This document shows, piece by piece, positions 16,409-25,442 of a DNA stretch of 64,000 nt. The notes below the pieces were generated by a model that saw nothing but the letters and a program-made list of their open reading frames with translations, did not search any database and was not told the origin of the DNA. The stretch lies in the NCBI GenBank assembly GCA_028715115.1, contig JAQUSN010000002.1, positions 68,944-132,943 of the forward strand, given 5' to 3'. A program made the translations under genes and the position numbers. The stretch's first letter is position 1. Each line of letters opens with the position of its first letter. This stretch comes from Patescibacteria group bacterium (GTDB lineage: Bacteria > Patescibacteriota > Patescibacteriia > UBA2591 > UBA4787).

Positions 16409-18307
16409 ATGTCTGAACAAACACAACGACCAGAGGAAGAAAATCAGGCAACCGAATCGGCTAATGAAATACCGCAATTTAATATCGAAGCCACAATTGA
16501 CAGAGAGCCTGCCTTTGCGGATTTTTTAGCTAAATTCGAAGACAGCGAAGAATTAATCGAGCAAGGCGACAGTGAAAGGCTTGAACGCAGATATAAATTA
16601 TTTAAATCAAAAAAAGAAACAATTAGCGGAATTGCTTCTATGTTAAGCAAAGAAGTTTCCGCTGATTTAGGTTTAAGTTTAAGAGACAGAGATGTGGCTG
16701 CTTCTATAGAAAAAACATTTGATGAACTGCTTAGTCAGGGGCCAGAAGGATTGGAACGGGCCGAACAAATTGTTGTACAATATACGGAATATTGTCGTTT
16801 GCAATCAGATATTACCAGAGGAGAGCAAGCTTTAAGACAATTAGGTGGTGAAGAAAGAGCCGATCAAATAGTTGATCAAAAGGCTGAAATGGAGAAAAAA
16901 TTAAAAAAGAAAGAAGCCGGCCTGGATAAAGGATTTTTGTTTTTTGCTCCTTCGGCCAAAGAAAAAGCAAAGCGGCAGGTCGTTATAGATGAGTTAAGAA
17001 AGAAAATAGATGCAGCCGGAAGCATCGAAGCTTTGCGGGTTGCTAAGGCTGACATTGCGTCGGGCCTAGAGACTTTTAAAAGAACCATCATTGAAGACGT
17101 ACCTACTATTGGCCAAGGTATAGTGGAGATGGTCAGACAAAGAGTAGCCACAGAATTAGAAATTAGGCCGGACGACGAAACAACCGCTACTACCGCACTA
17201 GAAAAACAACAAAAATTTTTAGATAGAATCCGCACAATTAGAGATTCTTCCGATGCGCGTTTTACTCTAGTTAGTCAAATGCTTGGTCAGGAACAGGTTA
17301 AAATTGATAACATTTTCGGTATTGAGCGGCAGATAAGAGACAAACAACATGAAATAGACCTAAACAGGGAATCTTTGGAAGCATGGCAGAGATATTTGGA
17401 TGGGAAAAGAGAAGATCGCTCTAGGAAAGAAGATGATAAGAAATCGCTTGAAGCATCTTTGGCCACTCACAGGGAAGAACTTTCACAAATTGATGATCAG
17501 GAAAATGTGTGCATACAGAAGGAAAATAAATTAATAGCCGATGCTACTGATTTAAAAAAATTTATTGAGGTTCTCGAATTATTCCAAAGTAACAATGCGG
17601 AGCAGGCTGTTTCTTTATATGAAAGATTGAGCAAAGAACCAGGGGAATACTCTCTGTTGCGCGATATTCGCTTGGGAGCTAATAAAGATGAGTTAGTTTT
17701 GCATGGCGGAGCCGTTCTTACGAAAAACGATGTTGGGAATGTTATTGAAAGAAGCAAACAAAACTTAGAAAGTGTATTAGTAGGGCAACGGGAAAATACC
17801 GAAGCGCACACAAAACTTCTTGAAAAAAGAGAACAATTAAACAAGGTCATCGGCGAAGAAAGCGGACAAATCGACCTTCTTAATGGTGAAATTGAGATTA
17901 TTAACCAAGATATTGACGCAAGAGCTGAGCTACCAAGAAAAATAGGAGAAGAAATAGCAAAAAGTGAACGCGAATTAGAAGATTTAAAAATAGTTCGCCA
18001 AGAGACAATTAGCAGGGAGAAGCCGATTAATATAGATGATATCGAAACCAGATTAAATCGACAAATAGAAGATGCTGTAAAAAGAGAGATAGAGAAAGCC
18101 GTGATTGCAACCGTAAAGCTAAATACGCCAACATCATTAGAGAAAGCGTTATTTAAAATAATTAATCGATCAAAGGTTGGTTCGCTAGATACTGATCAGG
18201 CCAAAGAAATGCTGGGCGATGCTTTGAGGGCTTTATTAAAGGGCAATAAGGTCGAGAAATCTAAAAGAATTTTATTGACGATAATTATTAAAAAACATTT
18301 CTCTTAA
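16409..18307 (+). CDS. large coiled-coil hypothetical protein
   Basis: 632-aa E/K/R-rich ORF; no family recognised. Confidence 0.75.
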   Translation: MSEQTQRPEEENQATESANEIPQFNIEATIDREPAFADFLAKFEDSEELIEQGDSERLERRYKLFKSKKETISGIASMLSKEVSADLGLSLRDRDVAASIEKTFDELLSQGPEGLERAEQIVVQYTEYCRLQSDITRGEQALRQLGGEERADQIVDQKAEMEKKLKKKEAGLDKGFLFFAPSAKEKAKRQVVIDELRKKIDAAGSIEALRVAKADIASGLETFKRTIIEDVPTIGQGIVEMVRQRVATELEIRPDDETTATTALEKQQKFLDRIRTIRDSSDARFTLVSQMLGQEQVKIDNIFGIERQIRDKQHEIDLNRESLEAWQRYLDGKREDRSRKEDDKKSLEASLATHREELSQIDDQENVCIQKENKLIADATDLKKFIEVLELFQSNNAEQAVSLYERLSKEPGEYSLLRDIRLGANKDELVLHGGAVLTKNDVGNVIERSKQNLESVLVGQRENTEAHTKLLEKREQLNKVIGEESGQIDLLNGEIEIINQDIDARAELPRKIGEEIAKSERELEDLKIVRQETISREKPINIDDIETRLNRQIEDAVKREIEKAVIATVKLNTPTSLEKALFKIINRSKVGSLDTDQAKEMLGDALRALLKGNKVEKSKRILLTIIIKKHFS

Positions 18308-18316
18308 TAAAATTTT

Positions 18317-18610
18317 ATGAGCAATATAAACGTTGAACAATTGGAAAAATTATTAGCCGAGGGCAAGCAGGAAGAGGTAAAAAATTTATTACAAGATTAT
18401 TTATCCCAAGACTTATCCGAAGCAGACAAGGGCTCGACTTATTTAAACTTAGCTTCAATTTATATGCAAGTAGTGAATAAATTTAATAAGCGATACTTGG
18501 ATAGTTTAAATAACGCCATTGAGGCCATTAAAGATATTAATCGAGAAGGTCAGGTAATTGATGATAAGGCGGCACTATCGATAGCGCGAGCAAAAATTAA
18601 AGCATCTTAA
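18317..18610 (+). CDS. hypothetical helical protein
   Basis: 97-aa ORF starting 10 nt after the previous gene. Confidence 0.7.
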   Translation: MSNINVEQLEKLLAEGKQEEVKNLLQDYLSQDLSEADKGSTYLNLASIYMQVVNKFNKRYLDSLNNAIEAIKDINREGQVIDDKAALSIARAKIKAS

Positions 18611-18620
18611 AAATTAATTT

Positions 18621-18691
18621 ATGATGATTTTTTCCGCCAAACCTGCCTATCGGCAGGCAGAGGCGGACCAGCCTATGGCTGGGATTTATAA
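18621..18691 (+). pseudogene. ghost duplicate of the cvpA 5' end interrupted by nested palindromes
   Basis: ATGATGATTTTT[50-bp palindromic insert 18633-18682]GATTTA versus true start ATGATGATTTTTGACTTA. Confidence 0.65.
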
Positions 18692-18707
18692 ATTTTGATT
18701 TATTGTT

Positions 18708-19217
18708 ATGATGATTTTTGACTTAGTACTCCTTCTAATTTTATTTGGGTTTGTTTGGTTTGGATTTTGGCTGGGATTGATTCATGTTATCGGTGGGATT
18801 TTGGGCGTGATTATCGCTTCGTTTTTGTCGACCCGATGGTATGATTTTGTCGCTCATAAATTATTATTTTTATTTGGCAACAATTTAAATCTGTCGCGTA
18901 TTATTTGTTTTATAGTTTTATTTATTGTTATCTGGCGCTTAGTCAGTTTATTATTTAATTTTTTGAATCGCGTTTTCAACTGGTTAACTTTTATTCCATT
19001 TTTAAAAACTATCAATCGCTTAGCCGGGGCTATCTTTGGGCTGCTTGAAGGCGCGCTAATTTTAGGAATAATTTTATTTTTCTTGTCCAAATTTCCGATT
19101 TGGGGACTGTCAAACATGATCAGCTCTTCTACTACCGCCCAATTTTTAATGAAAATCGCTAAAATTCTGTGGCCCTTATTGCCTCTGGGCCTAAAAAAAC
19201 TCCAAGAAATAAAATAA
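18708..19217 (+). CDS. cvpA: CvpA family membrane protein
   Basis: FDLVLL...GFW.GLI, NRLAGAIFGLLEG. Confidence 0.8.
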   Translation: MMIFDLVLLLILFGFVWFGFWLGLIHVIGGILGVIIASFLSTRWYDFVAHKLLFLFGNNLNLSRIICFIVLFIVIWRLVSLLFNFLNRVFNWLTFIPFLKTINRLAGAIFGLLEGALILGIILFFLSKFPIWGLSNMISSSTTAQFLMKIAKILWPLLPLGLKKLQEIK

Positions 19218-19236
19218 AAGGTGGTGGATAATTTTC

Positions 19237-19264
19237 TTGACGTAAGGTGGTTTTTCTATATAAT
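19237..19264 (+). promoter_or_regulatory. sigma70 promoter of greA
   Basis: TTGACG-N16-TATAAT. Confidence 0.6.
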
Positions 19265-19313
19265 TAATTAATCGGTGTAAGGCCGATTTTGTTGTTATTT
19301 TAGGACAAATTTT

Positions 19314-19766
19314 ATGACTCATATTACTAAAAAAGAGCTGGAAAAGCTAAAAAAAGAGCTAGAAACGCGAACAACTAAAACAAGGCAAGAAATTGCCGAA
19401 ATGATGCGTACAGCCAAAGACCAGGGAGATTTAAGCGAAAATGCCGAATATTTTGAGGCGCGCGAAAATCAATGGGAGAATGACAACAGGATCAATGAGT
19501 TACAACAGATAATTAGTGAGGCTGAAATCGTTGAAGAAAGGCGAGGCGGCGGTAAGATTGATGTTGGTAGTACGGTTAAATTAAAATCGGCTTCCGGGAT
19601 CGTTGTTTTTACTATTGTCAGCCCAGAGGGAGTTGATCTGGATAAAAAAATGATTTCCTTTCAATCTCCTTTGGGCCAGGCCTTAATGGGTAAAAAAACT
19701 AGTGACGAAATAGAAATTACTGCGCCAAAAGGTAAAATAAAATACAAAATCATAGAAGTAAAATAA
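19314..19766 (+). CDS. greA: transcription elongation factor GreA
   Basis: GDLSENAEY, IS..SPLGQALMG. Confidence 0.95.
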   Translation: MTHITKKELEKLKKELETRTTKTRQEIAEMMRTAKDQGDLSENAEYFEARENQWENDNRINELQQIISEAEIVEERRGGGKIDVGSTVKLKSASGIVVFTIVSPEGVDLDKKMISFQSPLGQALMGKKTSDEIEITAPKGKIKYKIIEVK

Positions 19767-19783
19767 ATAAAGTAAAATATTAT

Positions 19784-19810
19784 AAAAACGGGCTGCTCGG
19801 CCCGTTTTTT
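19784..19810 (+). terminator. intrinsic terminator
   Basis: AAAAACGGGC-TGCTCG-GCCCGTTTTTT. Confidence 0.85.
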
Positions 19811-19812
19811 AA

Positions 19813-19840
19813 TTGACAATAAGCCAAATTTTTATAAAAT
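19813..19840 (+). promoter_or_regulatory. sigma70 promoter (leaderless) of the mtaB-like gene
   Basis: TTGACA-N16-TAAAAT, 7 nt before ATG. Confidence 0.6.
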
Positions 19841-19847
19841 AAATTAC

Positions 19848-21056
19848 ATGAAAATATGTTTTATAACCTTTGGCTGTAAATTGAATCAATCGGAAAGTTT
19901 TTCTTGGCAAGATAAATTGTCCGGAAAAAAGATACAAGTTGTTACCGAACAACAAAATCCTGATTTAATAATTGTCAACGCTTGTTCGGTGACGCTTAAG
20001 GCAGAGCGAGAATTACGTCAAAAAGTAAATCAATTAAAAAGAAAATTTCCCCGGGCAGAATTGATATTAACTGGCTGTTTTTTGTTTCCTCCAAAAATTG
20101 TTAGAGTCTTATCCAGAGATAAAATGGCTAGTTTTATTGATAAACTAGCGAAACAATATTTAACTACTGGCGAAAAGTATAAAAGTTTATGCCGGACCAG
20201 AACTTTTATAAAAATTCAAGATGGGTGTAATAATTTTTGCGCTTATTGCATTGTGCCATATTTGCGCGGGCGTATTTATAGCCGCTCAATTTCGGAAATT
20301 ATCAATGAAATAAGAAAGCGGGAAACGCAAGGCTGCCAGGAAATAGTTTTAGTTGGTACAGATTTGCAAAAATTCAAGGATAGAAACAATAATTTAATTG
20401 ATTTATTAAATAAAATCTTGTCAGAAACAAAAATTAATCGTATTCGCATCTCTTCGCTTTGGCCAACGGCGATAAAACAACGATTAATAAATTTAATGAA
20501 AAATAATTCTAGAATTTGTCCGCACTTACATTTATCAATGCAGTCAGGCAGCAATGAGATATTAAAAGTTATGGGTCGGCCTTATCAGGCTAGTCAAATT
20601 CTAAATTTAATTAAACAAGCAAAGAAAATAAAAAATCTATCTTTAACGGCAGATTTAATAGTCGGATTCCCCGGAGAAACTAAAAAAGATTTTTTAAAAA
20701 CCGTTAATTTTGTTAAAAAGGCCGGATTATTGAAAGTTCATGTCTTCAAGTATTCGCCCCGACCGGGTACTAAGGCCGCTAAAATGACAAATCAAGTTTT
20801 AGATGCCATCAAAACAGCCAGAAGCCAAGAATTGAAAGAGGTAAGCGACTTAATTTCTAAAAAATTTAAGAATAAGTACATTAGCAAAGTGATGCGGGTT
20901 TTATTTGAAGCTAAAAGGGATGGTTATTGGAGTGGTTTTACTGATAATTATCTGCGCGTTTATGTGCCCAGCCGAGTTCAATTAACCAATCAGTTTGTGG
21001 AGGTAAAGTTAACGAGCTTATTTAAAGATGGCTATCGCGCCAAAGTCGTAAAATAA
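19848..21056 (+). CDS. mtaB: tRNA methylthiotransferase, MtaB-like
   Basis: FGCKLNQSES, NACSVT, KIQDGCNNFCAYC, CPHLHLSMQSG, HVFKYSPRPGT, GFTDNYL. Confidence 0.8.
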   Translation: MKICFITFGCKLNQSESFSWQDKLSGKKIQVVTEQQNPDLIIVNACSVTLKAERELRQKVNQLKRKFPRAELILTGCFLFPPKIVRVLSRDKMASFIDKLAKQYLTTGEKYKSLCRTRTFIKIQDGCNNFCAYCIVPYLRGRIYSRSISEIINEIRKRETQGCQEIVLVGTDLQKFKDRNNNLIDLLNKILSETKINRIRISSLWPTAIKQRLINLMKNNSRICPHLHLSMQSGSNEILKVMGRPYQASQILNLIKQAKKIKNLSLTADLIVGFPGETKKDFLKTVNFVKKAGLLKVHVFKYSPRPGTKAAKMTNQVLDAIKTARSQELKEVSDLISKKFKNKYISKVMRVLFEAKRDGYWSGFTDNYLRVYVPSRVQLTNQFVEVKLTSLFKDGYRAKVVK

Positions 21057-21119
21057 TCCCCAAAATGCTTGTATTTTTATTTATTTGCTTTATAATATAA
21101 GTGATATAAATCATTTTTT

Positions 21120-21455
21120 ATGTGTATTTTTTGCCAAATCATTAATAAAGAAATTCCAAAAGATTTTATTTTTGCCGACGATCAGTTGGTGGCATTTAAT
21201 GATTTGCATCCATCTGCTCCAATTCACATTCTAATTGTGTCAAAAAAACATATTGACAGTATTGCTACTTTAAAAGAAGAAGACATAAATCTTATTGGAA
21301 ATATGATTTGGCGAGCCAAAGTTTTGGCCGAAGAAAAGGGGATTGCTAAGAGCGGTTATAAATTAATTTTCAATTGCGGCGAAGACGGCGGACAAATCAT
21401 ACAGCATATTCATCTTCATTTGCTTGGCGGCGAGAAGGTTAAATGTATAGTTTAA
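21120..21455 (+). CDS. histidine triad (HIT) protein
   Basis: CIFC, HILIV, HIHLHLLGG. Confidence 0.95.
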   Translation: MCIFCQIINKEIPKDFIFADDQLVAFNDLHPSAPIHILIVSKKHIDSIATLKEEDINLIGNMIWRAKVLAEEKGIAKSGYKLIFNCGEDGGQIIQHIHLHLLGGEKVKCIV

Positions 21456-21485
21456 TTTAACAATTAATTTTTTAATTTTAATCTT

Positions 21486-21728
21486 ATGTCTTTCAAAAGA
21501 ACAATAAAAGCAGGATTTTTTGGCGCTTTAGCTGGAATTATTGCCGGACTTTTCTTGGCGAAAAAATCAGGCAAAGAATTAAAAGAAGATCTTAAGGTAA
21601 AGGGAGAAGAATTAAAAAGCAAGGCCGGTGAAATTGCCGAGACCATGGAAACTAAGGCCAAAGAAACCATCGAAGAAGTTAAAAAAGATCTTAGTGATGA
21701 ATCGCGAGACGATCGATTACAAAAATAA
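21486..21728 (+). CDS. YtxH-domain protein
   Basis: GALAG..AGLFLA.KSGKEL.EDL. Confidence 0.8.
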   Translation: MSFKRTIKAGFFGALAGIIAGLFLAKKSGKELKEDLKVKGEELKSKAGEIAETMETKAKETIEEVKKDLSDESRDDRLQK

Positions 21729-21761
21729 TTGGCAATTATTTTAATTGGTTAAATCATTTTT

Positions 21762-21968
21762 ATGCCAAAGTTTATAGTCAAAGTGGACGAGGGTAAGTGT
21801 ATTGGCTGTGGGAGTTGCGTAGCCGTTTGTCCGGATAATTTTGAATTGAAAGAAAACGGCCGTTCCCACGCGCTCCAAGAAGAAGTAGATGATCTAGGCT
21901 GCAATCAAATAGCGGCCGAAAGTTGTCCGGTTCAGGCAATCACGGTTGAACCATCAAGCGCCTCGTAA
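21762..21968 (+). CDS. ferredoxin (single cluster)
   Basis: CIGCGSCVAVCP ... SCPVQAI. Confidence 0.9.
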   Translation: MPKFIVKVDEGKCIGCGSCVAVCPDNFELKENGRSHALQEEVDDLGCNQIAAESCPVQAITVEPSSAS

Positions 21969-22030
21969 AAAATTTTTAAATTAATGTTTATTTTTAGAAA
22001 TAGTAATTTTTCTTTGGCATTTTTTAAATT

Positions 22031-23890
22031 ATGCAAATTAATAATTCAAAGATAAAACAAGCTCTTTTGTCCGGGAATGAAGCGGTGGTAAGAGGCGCCT
22101 TAGAAGCTGGCGTTAATTTTGCGACCACTTATCCTGGTACGCCGGCCTCGGAAATTGGCGATATTTTCGCTAAAATATCAAAAGAATCGAACTTTTATTT
22201 TGAATATAGTACTAACGAAAAGATTGCCCTAGAAGCTGCCTCTGGTGCAGCTTTTTCTGGTTTAAAATCAATTGTTTCGATGAAGCATTATGGTCTTAAC
22301 GTCGCTCTTGATAGTTTACTGCCGCTCATTTATTTAGAGTGTCCATTAGTAGTTGTTATTTCTGACGATCCGGGTTCGTGGAGTTCAATTCAATCAGAAC
22401 AAGACAGCCGTTGGTTTTCACGATTAGGCCATTTACCAACTCTTGAACCGGCTGATAGTCAAGAAGCGCTGGACATGACCAAGTTTGCTTTTGAATTTAC
22501 TCAAAAATATAAAATACCAATTTTGATCAGGCTAACTACCAGAGTTTGTCATTCCCGAAGTTTGGTAAAATGCAATTCCATTTCCATAGAAAACAAAATC
22601 GGCAAATATATAAAAAAAGAATTTAGCGTAGGCACGGCAGTTACGCTCGAGCGGCATAAAAATTTATTTCTTAAAACCAGGAAGCTGCAAGATGATTTTA
22701 ATAAAAATAATCAGTTTAATTTTATTAAAAACGGCCATGATAGAAAATTAGGAATTGTTACTTCAGGGGTTTCTTATTGTTACGTTAGGGAAATTTTAGA
22801 AAATTTAAATTTGGACTTACCGATACTTAAAATCGGATTTAGTTATCCGATTTTTAAAAATAAATATAAAGAATTTTTTGGCCAAGTTAATGAAATTTTG
22901 ATAGTAGAAGAATTAAATCCGGTTTTAGAAAGAGAGGCGCGTCGTTTGCTGCAAGAATTTGGCTTAACTAAAAAAGTTTATGGCAAAGATTTATTGCCTG
23001 GCGTTGGCGAATTAAAACCAGAATATGTTTTACAAGCCATTTCTAATATTTTAAAGTTGCCATTGCCGCAAGATTTATTAAATCAACAAAAAGAATTTGC
23101 TGAATTATCTATTGCGCCGCGTCCGCCAATTCTTTGCGCCGGCTGTCCGCACCGTTCAACTTTTTGGATGATCAAAAAGGCTGTTGGCGATCAGGCTGTT
23201 TTTGGCGGCGATATCGGTTGTTATTTAATCGGCGCTTTGCCGCCATTTAAATTAGCCGATTATATTGTTTCTATGGGCGCGGGCATGGGCATTTCCCATG
23301 GTGTGGCCAAGGCTACTGGGCAAAAACCCGTTATTTTCATTGGTGATAGCACCTTTTTCCACGCCGGCATTCCGAGCCTGATTAATATGGTTTATAACCA
23401 GTCAGATGTTTTGGTGGTGATTTTAGACAACAGAATCACGGCCATGACTGGTCATCAGCCTAATCCGGGCGTCGGTTTAACTGGTCAAGGAGAATCGACT
23501 AAGGCATTAAAAATAGAAGAAATAGTTAAGGCTTGCGAAGTTGATAATTTAGAAATCATCAATACTTTTAATATTAAAGAGTCGCTGGAAAAAATAAAAA
23601 AAGCTTACGCGGCTAAAGGAGTCTCCGTGGTTATCGCCAAGGGTGAATGCCGATTATTAACGGTCAGAAGATTAACGCAAAAAAATATCAATGTTCCAAA
23701 ATTCGACATTACCGGAGATAGTGACTTTTCAGAATTTAATAATTTTAAATGTCCAGCCATTCGTCGGAATGAAGGTGGTAAATATTATATTGATCAAAAT
23801 ACTTGTTGGGGTTGTGCGGTTTGCGGACAAATTTATCCCGGTAAAATTCACCCCACCACCAAATCAAAAAACCTTAAGATTTATTTTTAG
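22031..23890 (+). CDS. iorA: indolepyruvate ferredoxin oxidoreductase alpha subunit
   Basis: GNEA..RG, YPGTP, NEK.ALE, MKHYGLNVA, RPPILCAGCPHR, DIGCY, GDSTFFHAG, AMTGHQP. Confidence 0.92.
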   Translation: MQINNSKIKQALLSGNEAVVRGALEAGVNFATTYPGTPASEIGDIFAKISKESNFYFEYSTNEKIALEAASGAAFSGLKSIVSMKHYGLNVALDSLLPLIYLECPLVVVISDDPGSWSSIQSEQDSRWFSRLGHLPTLEPADSQEALDMTKFAFEFTQKYKIPILIRLTTRVCHSRSLVKCNSISIENKIGKYIKKEFSVGTAVTLERHKNLFLKTRKLQDDFNKNNQFNFIKNGHDRKLGIVTSGVSYCYVREILENLNLDLPILKIGFSYPIFKNKYKEFFGQVNEILIVEELNPVLEREARRLLQEFGLTKKVYGKDLLPGVGELKPEYVLQAISNILKLPLPQDLLNQQKEFAELSIAPRPPILCAGCPHRSTFWMIKKAVGDQAVFGGDIGCYLIGALPPFKLADYIVSMGAGMGISHGVAKATGQKPVIFIGDSTFFHAGIPSLINMVYNQSDVLVVILDNRITAMTGHQPNPGVGLTGQGESTKALKIEEIVKACEVDNLEIINTFNIKESLEKIKKAYAAKGVSVVIAKGECRLLTVRRLTQKNINVPKFDITGDSDFSEFNNFKCPAIRRNEGGKYYIDQNTCWGCAVCGQIYPGKIHPTTKSKNLKIYF

Positions 23891-23950
23891 ATTATCTAAA
23901 ATATTTATCCAAACACAAAATATGAATTAGAATCATATTTGGTGAGGGGG
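23847..23950 (+). mobile_element. 104-bp MITE/REP-like element in the iorA 3' end
   Basis: TTCA-CCCCACCACCAAAT ... ATTTGGTGAGGGGG terminal inverted repeat (12/14). Confidence 0.6.
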
Positions 23951-23968
23951 CTAAACCCAATTTAAATA

Positions 23969-24565
23969 ATGGAAAATCTTAACGATAAGAAATTTTTTAA
24001 CGTCATTATCTCTGGCTATGGCGGGCAGGGTGTTTTGACATTGGCAGAGATTTTAGCCAATGCGGCTCAATTAGCCGATTATGACGTTAAGCAGGCTGAG
24101 CTACATGGTTTGGCTCAGCGCGGCGGATCACTGGAATGTCATTTGCGGTTCGGTAAAAAAATTATTTCACCGCTAATAAGACAGGCTGACGCAGATATTA
24201 TTATTGGTTTAGAATTATTAGAAACATTGCGTGCCTGTTATTATGCTAATAAAAATAAAACGATAATTTTAACTAATAATAAATATTTTAATCCCGATCC
24301 TTGCGCAAAAGACAACGGTGAGAGTGAAAAAATAAAAAAAGAAATAGAAAAATTTTCATGTGTGTTGCACTCAATTCCCGCCGATAAAATTTTAAAAGAA
24401 AATAATTTGAGTTTATCATTGATTAACACTTTTATGTTGGGCTTTTTAGTTAAGGAGAATGCCTTACCGATAAAAAAAGAATTGATTTGGCGAGCAATTA
24501 GCGAAAAGATAAAGCCGGAATTCTTGGATAAAAACGAAAAAGTATTTAATTTAGCTCAACAATAA
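23969..24565 (+). CDS. iorB: indolepyruvate ferredoxin oxidoreductase beta subunit
   Basis: GYGGQGVL, ELHGLAQRGGS, N..MLG. Confidence 0.9.
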   Translation: MENLNDKKFFNVIISGYGGQGVLTLAEILANAAQLADYDVKQAELHGLAQRGGSLECHLRFGKKIISPLIRQADADIIIGLELLETLRACYYANKNKTIILTNNKYFNPDPCAKDNGESEKIKKEIEKFSCVLHSIPADKILKENNLSLSLINTFMLGFLVKENALPIKKELIWRAISEKIKPEFLDKNEKVFNLAQQ

Positions 24566-24569
24566 CTTG

Positions 24570-25442
24570 ATGTCATTATTATCGGATACAAAAAATTATT
24601 GTTCAGCCTATAGCTTAAAGCCGCGGCGGGAAAGAGGGCAGAATTTTTTAATAAACCCTTTGATTTATAGGCAAATTATTGAAGCGGCTGATATTCAAAG
24701 AGATGATACAGTTTTAGAGATTGGCCCAGGTTTGGGTTATTTGACGGAGCTATTAGCCGAACGGTCAGGAAGGGTGGTTGCCGTAGAAATTGATAAAAAT
24801 TTACTGACCATTTTAAGACAAAAATTTACTTACAGTAAAAACATAGAATTAGTCGGCGATGATGCGCTGAAAATTAATTTAGAAAAATTAAAATTAAAAA
24901 ATTATAAATTAGTTGCCAACTTACCGTATAATATTACCGGCGCAATCTTAAGAAAGTTTTTAGATAGCGACAGGAAACCAAAATCATTAATTCTGATGTT
25001 GCAGAAAGAAGTGGCGCAAAGAATTATCAGCTTACCGCCGAAAGAAAATTTATTATCGCTCATGGTGCAATTCTATGGACGGCCTAAAATAGTAAAAATA
25101 GTTTCAAAAAATAATTTTTGGCCCAAACCAAAAATTGACAGCGCTATTATTAAAATTACTACTACAAATCAAGAATCAAATACCCTGGTCCGTCCCGTTT
25201 GCTGGACGAACGGGTCTAGGACGAATAGACAAATTGACAAAAAGAAATTTTTTAGTTTATTACGAGCGGGATTTTGTTCGCCGAGAAAATATTTAATTAG
25301 TAATTTAATAAAACAAGAAATTTTTTCTCGCACCGACGGAGAAAGTGTCTGGCGAGAGTTAAAATTTAATCCCAAGGTTAGAGCTCAGGAATTATCTTTG
25401 GAACAATGGGAAAAATTATTTAAGCTCTCATTGCTTTTATGA
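24570..25442 (+). CDS. rsmA: 16S rRNA A1518/A1519 dimethyltransferase KsgA
   Basis: GQNFL, EIGPGLG.LT, VEID, ANLPYNIT, MLQKEVA.RI, F.PKPKIDS, RAQELS. Confidence 0.95.
   Translation: MSLLSDTKNYCSAYSLKPRRERGQNFLINPLIYRQIIEAADIQRDDTVLEIGPGLGYLTELLAERSGRVVAVEIDKNLLTILRQKFTYSKNIELVGDDALKINLEKLKLKNYKLVANLPYNITGAILRKFLDSDRKPKSLILMLQKEVAQRIISLPPKENLLSLMVQFYGRPKIVKIVSKNNFWPKPKIDSAIIKITTTNQESNTLVRPVCWTNGSRTNRQIDKKKFFSLLRAGFCSPRKYLISNLIKQEIFSRTDGESVWRELKFNPKVRAQELSLEQWEKLFKLSLLL
25183..25225. repeat. palindromic element in frame within rsmA
   Basis: CCCTGG..CCCGTT-TGCTGGACG-AACGGG-T-CTAGG-ACGAA, GC-rich within an AT-rich gene. Confidence 0.55.
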
